64,000 nucleotides of DNA from Clostridia bacterium (GTDB taxonomy: Bacteria > Bacillota > Clostridia > Oscillospirales > CAG-272), in the NCBI GenBank assembly GCA_017504405.1, contig JAFVRG010000001.1, positions 7,586 through 71,585 of the forward strand, in the 5' to 3' direction. A model generated the notes under the pieces. That model was given only the letters and a program-made list of their open reading frames with translations, was not told the origin of the DNA and did no database searches. This document shows, piece by piece, positions 60,492-64,000 of this stretch. The translations under genes were made by a program, and so were the position numbers. Each line of letters starts with the position of its first letter. Position 1 is the first letter of the stretch.

Positions 60492-62231
60492 TCAGCTATT
60501 TGCGCTGACCTTAACGGTTACCTTATCCTTATTGTCCGCATACACCTTCTCCATAGCACGGGTGTAGTAGATTGCAAGATATACGCCGTCCTTGCCGCCA
60601 GCCTGATCGATGATATCATCCTCGCTCATTCCGAGCATGAGGTAGATATACATGCTGTTTATTATTTCTTCTCTCTTTGCCTCGTAATCGTCCTTGGTTA
60701 CCTCAATGCCGTAGAGGTTTGCCGTATGGATAACTACCATTTTCTCAAGAACTATTCTCTTGGAATCCGCCAGCATGCTCGCCTCTGCATCTGCATAGTC
60801 AGCCGCATTTTCCTTGTAAATGATATATTCCTCAAGAGTTGCATACTTGGCAGCATCGGTGTCGCTGAGGCTCTTATATGCGTACTTGTAGTTATTCAGC
60901 TTTTCATCATAGGTATCGTCTACCGCTCTGCTGGGATAATGCTCCTCGTTGAATGATGCCGCAGCCTTTTCGAGAACGAGCGTGAGCATTGCCTCCTTAG
61001 CCTGCGTTTCGATAGACTTCATTATCGTTTCGTGAGTTGAGGTCTCATAGTGCTCTCTGTATGCCGCAACAATCTCATTTTTGTCCGTTTTATCGGTAGA
61101 GAACGAGGAATCGAGCTTCTGAACGAGAGTTAAGAACTGCTCAATCTTTGCGAGTGTCATATACTCGGTAAGGTCAGCGTTCAGGCTATACTCATTAACA
61201 CCCTCAACGATAAACTGAACCGTTGCCTCCTGTCCGTTGAGCAGGGGAACCTTTGTATTCGAGGACTCAAAGGTAAATTTAACTCCGCCGTCAGCGAAGA
61301 CCTCCTTCTGAGCCTCCTTGATAACAACCGTGTAGGTAACGTTTTTCTTTTCGGGATTATCTACGTTATCGTTGGTGTCGTCTATGTCTATTTCCTTAAC
61401 AGTTGTCTTTTCAGCATCAAGAGCTGCGCCCTCTGCAAAATTGCACGCATCGATAACAGCTGCAATGAACTCGTCCTTGTACTGAGCCATCTTGCCAAAA
61501 TCAGCAACGTACTCGGTCTTCAGTGTCTTTGTAGCCATATCAATAAGAGCGAGGTCAAATCGGTAGGTTGTATCACCCTTAAGGCCGTCATAATTCTTCT
61601 GGCTTTCGCCCTCGCCGTAGGTTGCCTTCACGGTGATATAGAGAGCATCGTAGCCGTCAGCGATTTTTGCGCTGTTAACCGTCTTATCCTCTCCAACCGA
61701 GAGCCTTTCAAGAGAGCCCATTCCCGCAGAAATACCCTTCGCAATAAGAGCTGCATCAAAATTGCCGCCGATAAGACCGCCTGAGCCGAGCTGATAATAA
61801 CCTGCGTTAGAGCCGAGGTTCGTGTAGAGCTCTACACCGTTTGCAGATGAGGGAGAGGTTACGTAATAGTATATCTTCACGTCATCGTTGTCGGTTGCAT
61901 TGCCGAGCTTGGGCGTGCCTGTGAAATAAACCTTCTTGTTATCAGAATTAGTGTAATAGAGTGAGCGCATGCTGTCCGCAATTACTGCGTCTATATGCTT
62001 CTCAATCAGAGTGGGGTCGGTCGCCTTTGCATCGTAAGCATCAAGGAACTTGTCCTGATCCTCGGTAACCGATACCTCAACAGCAAGGTTTTTGTAGCTG
62101 TCGAGCGTAAGAATACCGCCGAGCTCCTCGGAGTAGTCCTCTCCTCTGAAGGAGTAGGAGCAGCCCGTCATCATAACAGCTGAAGCCAGCATCAAAACGA
62201 CGAGTATAAGACTGAAAATTCTGGTTTTCAT
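60492..62231 (-). CDS. Lipoprotein (579 aa), paralogous in architecture to 57794-59989
   Basis: ORF-track frame trimmed to the ATG at 62231 (AGAGGA SD). Lipobox MMTGC. It contains a DDVKIYYYVTS segment and a helical C-terminal third. The hairpin agaaggac-N9-ggtccttct at 60455-60482 follows the stop. Confidence 0.4.
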   Translation of the reverse strand: MKTRIFSLILVVLMLASAVMMTGCSYSFRGEDYSEELGGILTLDSYKNLAVEVSVTEDQDKFLDAYDAKATDPTLIEKHIDAVIADSMRSLYYTNSDNKKVYFTGTPKLGNATDNDDVKIYYYVTSPSSANGVELYTNLGSNAGYYQLGSGGLIGGNFDAALIAKGISAGMGSLERLSVGEDKTVNSAKIADGYDALYITVKATYGEGESQKNYDGLKGDTTYRFDLALIDMATKTLKTEYVADFGKMAQYKDEFIAAVIDACNFAEGAALDAEKTTVKEIDIDDTNDNVDNPEKKNVTYTVVIKEAQKEVFADGGVKFTFESSNTKVPLLNGQEATVQFIVEGVNEYSLNADLTEYMTLAKIEQFLTLVQKLDSSFSTDKTDKNEIVAAYREHYETSTHETIMKSIETQAKEAMLTLVLEKAAASFNEEHYPSRAVDDTYDEKLNNYKYAYKSLSDTDAAKYATLEEYIIYKENAADYADAEASMLADSKRIVLEKMVVIHTANLYGIEVTKDDYEAKREEIINSMYIYLMLGMSEDDIIDQAGGKDGVYLAIYYTRAMEKVYADNKDKVTVKVSANS

Positions 62232-62330
62232 AGTATTTCCTCTTTGTATATAAATATTTTCTTTTATATTATAGCACACATTTGTGAAAAATCAATTGTT
62301 TTCCGGCAAGTGTCATTATTTGTTTACAAC

Positions 62331-64000
62331 TTAGTACCTGTCGTTGTAATCAACACTCTCTCCACGGAGAAGTCTGCCTATATCATAATAGAGCTTTTTA
62401 ATGTCCGAGGTGTTCACCGAGAAGAATATTTCTCCGTCCGAGCTGACCATAACGTGGCGTGACGGATTCTCTTCGGTGGAATACGGTGAGAAGCAGTAAA
62501 CAAACTTCTTTCCTGCGTTCTCCTCGCCTGCGTTTTCGTTGAGAGTGAAGGTCAGGCGCAAAATGCGCTTGCTCTCATCACTGTAAAGCGTGTCTGCATC
62601 GGCATCCGACAGCTCGCACGAGCCTGTGTACCTTATAGATGCAAGGAAGGTGTACAGCTTTGCATGGTCGGACGTGTTAACGCTCTTGCCGTTTATCTTC
62701 ACGGTTGTAGAGTAGGCATCGGGATTTTCGGGATCGTCGAACACGTGGCTAAGAGAAATAACGAACTCCTCTTTTCCCTTATCTGCATAATTGAACTCGA
62801 ACTTCACCGTGTCCATATACTTGATTTCGGTAGAGAACATCGTTTCCTCTACGTACTCGTAGAAGTCCCAATCGAGGAAATAGAAGCTCTCGCTGTCGAG
62901 AACCTTTACCACCGTTCCGTAATACCAGCTGCCGACGTAACGGTAGCCCTCGCTGTCCCTTTCGCTTATGAATAAGGCGTTTTCGTCGTATTTATATACC
63001 ATTATGTTTATATCGCTGTCCTCGTCGTTTTCGTTCTCTATTCCGAGAGGCATCTTGTAATAAACGGTATATGCGTTAAGCCCGTACTTCTCTATCGTCT
63101 CTGCGTTGAGATTGAGGGAAACAACCTCTGCGCCCTTCATATTCTCAAACAAATCAACTATTTTAAAGAAGTTATCGGTATTTACGGTATAATCTGCGGC
63201 GCTGCCGCTGGTTTTATAGGTTGTGTGCTGGAAGAAGGGCTCTCGCTCCGACTGGTTGAGCCAGCCGAGCTTCACAAACTCCTTCTCCGAGCGGATTATT
63301 CCCGTAACGATTACGTTGTAGAGGGTTGTTCTCTGTTGGTACTCGTCACGCTTGTAGCTGTCGCCGTCAATTGACTTGTAGCTCTGCGTTGCGTTGAACC
63401 AGGTAAGATTTACCCAACTGAATTTCTCCGACAAAAACAGCTTTTCACTGAAATCGGGAGCGTAAGTTACGTTTATTTTCTTCTCTTTTTTGTCCGTTGA
63501 GGTGGACAGCTCCATTCCGAGAAGTCCGTTTATCAGCGACTCCGGCAGCATCTCGTCCGAGGTGTCGTATACGGCGTATATTCTGTCGCCGTCGCCGATT
63601 TCCCTCTCAACGCCGTTTTCCTTCACCTTCTCGCCCGGGATATAGTAAGCGATTTCTACTATATCTCCCTTTTTAACAACGAGCTCGTCCGCCGAGTATT
63701 TATCCTTTGTCGCCTCGTTGATAAGCTTGCTGTTGTGGTAAATGGAAAAGTCCTTCATATAATAGCTGGACTGCGTAGGCACAGGCTTTATTATTTCTGG
63801 GGTTACGAGATATTCAGCGCCCTTGAAAAGACAGGAGCGGTTACCCTGCGCAACGTACACCCTGTTTGTTCCGTCAATTCTGAGGTAGTAATTGTTAAGA
63901 GATGCGCTGAAGTCTCCGACGTAGACCTTTTTCTTAACGTCCACGCCGTCCTTGGTGGCATCAACCTCGTAATAGGTTTTACCGTCAAGTCCGTAGGAAA
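62331..64000 (-). CDS. Hypothetical protein, 3' part only (frame stays open to the window end; possibly DUF4340-like)
   Basis: The track begins at the GTG at 63944, but the same frame is stop-free up to 64000 (...SYGLDGKTYYEVDATKDG-VDVKKK). The true start therefore lies outside the window. Confidence 0.5.
   Translation of the reverse strand, partial: SYGLDGKTYYEVDATKDGVDVKKKVYVGDFSASLNNYYLRIDGTNRVYVAQGNRSCLFKGAEYLVTPEIIKPVPTQSSYYMKDFSIYHNSKLINEATKDKYSADELVVKKGDIVEIAYYIPGEKVKENGVEREIGDGDRIYAVYDTSDEMLPESLINGLLGMELSTSTDKKEKKINVTYAPDFSEKLFLSEKFSWVNLTWFNATQSYKSIDGDSYKRDEYQQRTTLYNVIVTGIIRSEKEFVKLGWLNQSEREPFFQHTTYKTSGSAADYTVNTDNFFKIVDLFENMKGAEVVSLNLNAETIEKYGLNAYTVYYKMPLGIENENDEDSDINIMVYKYDENALFISERDSEGYRYVGSWYYGTVVKVLDSESFYFLDWDFYEYVEETMFSTEIKYMDTVKFEFNYADKGKEEFVISLSHVFDDPENPDAYSTTVKINGKSVNTSDHAKLYTFLASIRYTGSCELSDADADTLYSDESKRILRLTFTLNENAGEENAGKKFVYCFSPYSTEENPSRHVMVSSDGEIFFSVNTSDIKKLYYDIGRLLRGESVDYNDRY

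Overview
This is a 64-kb chromosomal segment whose promoters, ribosome-binding sites and signal peptides look like those of a Gram-positive anaerobe, probably Clostridia. That taxon call is inference only. Promoters follow TTGACT/TTGACA-N16-17-TATAAT with TRTG -16 boxes, ribosome-binding sites are AGGAGG-type, and lipoboxes are of the LASC/VVAC kind. I found no mobile elements, CRISPR arrays or rRNA genes, and one tRNA (Thr-GGU). Housekeeping genes take up about half the window: a heterodimeric ABC exporter, U32 peptidase, maf, nth, ribF, prmA, rsmE, greA, lysS, nifJ/PFOR, trpS, a WecA/MraY-type transferase and rnhA. Scattered carbohydrate-active genes are also present: a CE7-like esterase, GH2, a GH36 raffinose-synthase-like enzyme and a DUF1593-like protein. 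Three things stand out. (1) Positions 2.6-3.5 kb contain no ORFs. On the minus strand this gap resolves into seven head-to-tail cassettes, each a strong SigA-type promoter, a 66-139 nt hairpin-rich RNA and an intrinsic terminator. The promoters are conserved but the RNA bodies are unrelated. (2) Positions 8.7-36.8 kb form a large accessory locus. It holds three tandem, mosaic paralogues of a signal-less right-handed beta-helix protein and two further beta-helix proteins, one a lipoprotein. It also holds three giant secreted proteins built from seven LamG/ConA-like modules. Two of these are each followed by an unannotated, conserved 45-codon peptide gene. An SGNH esterase and a divergent 1237-aa surface protein complete the locus. 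The paralogues show clear gene-conversion tracts. (3) A 30-40 nt intergenic repeat occurs six times at four loci, usually next to bidirectional terminators. All functional calls come from motif recognition by eye. No database search was run.
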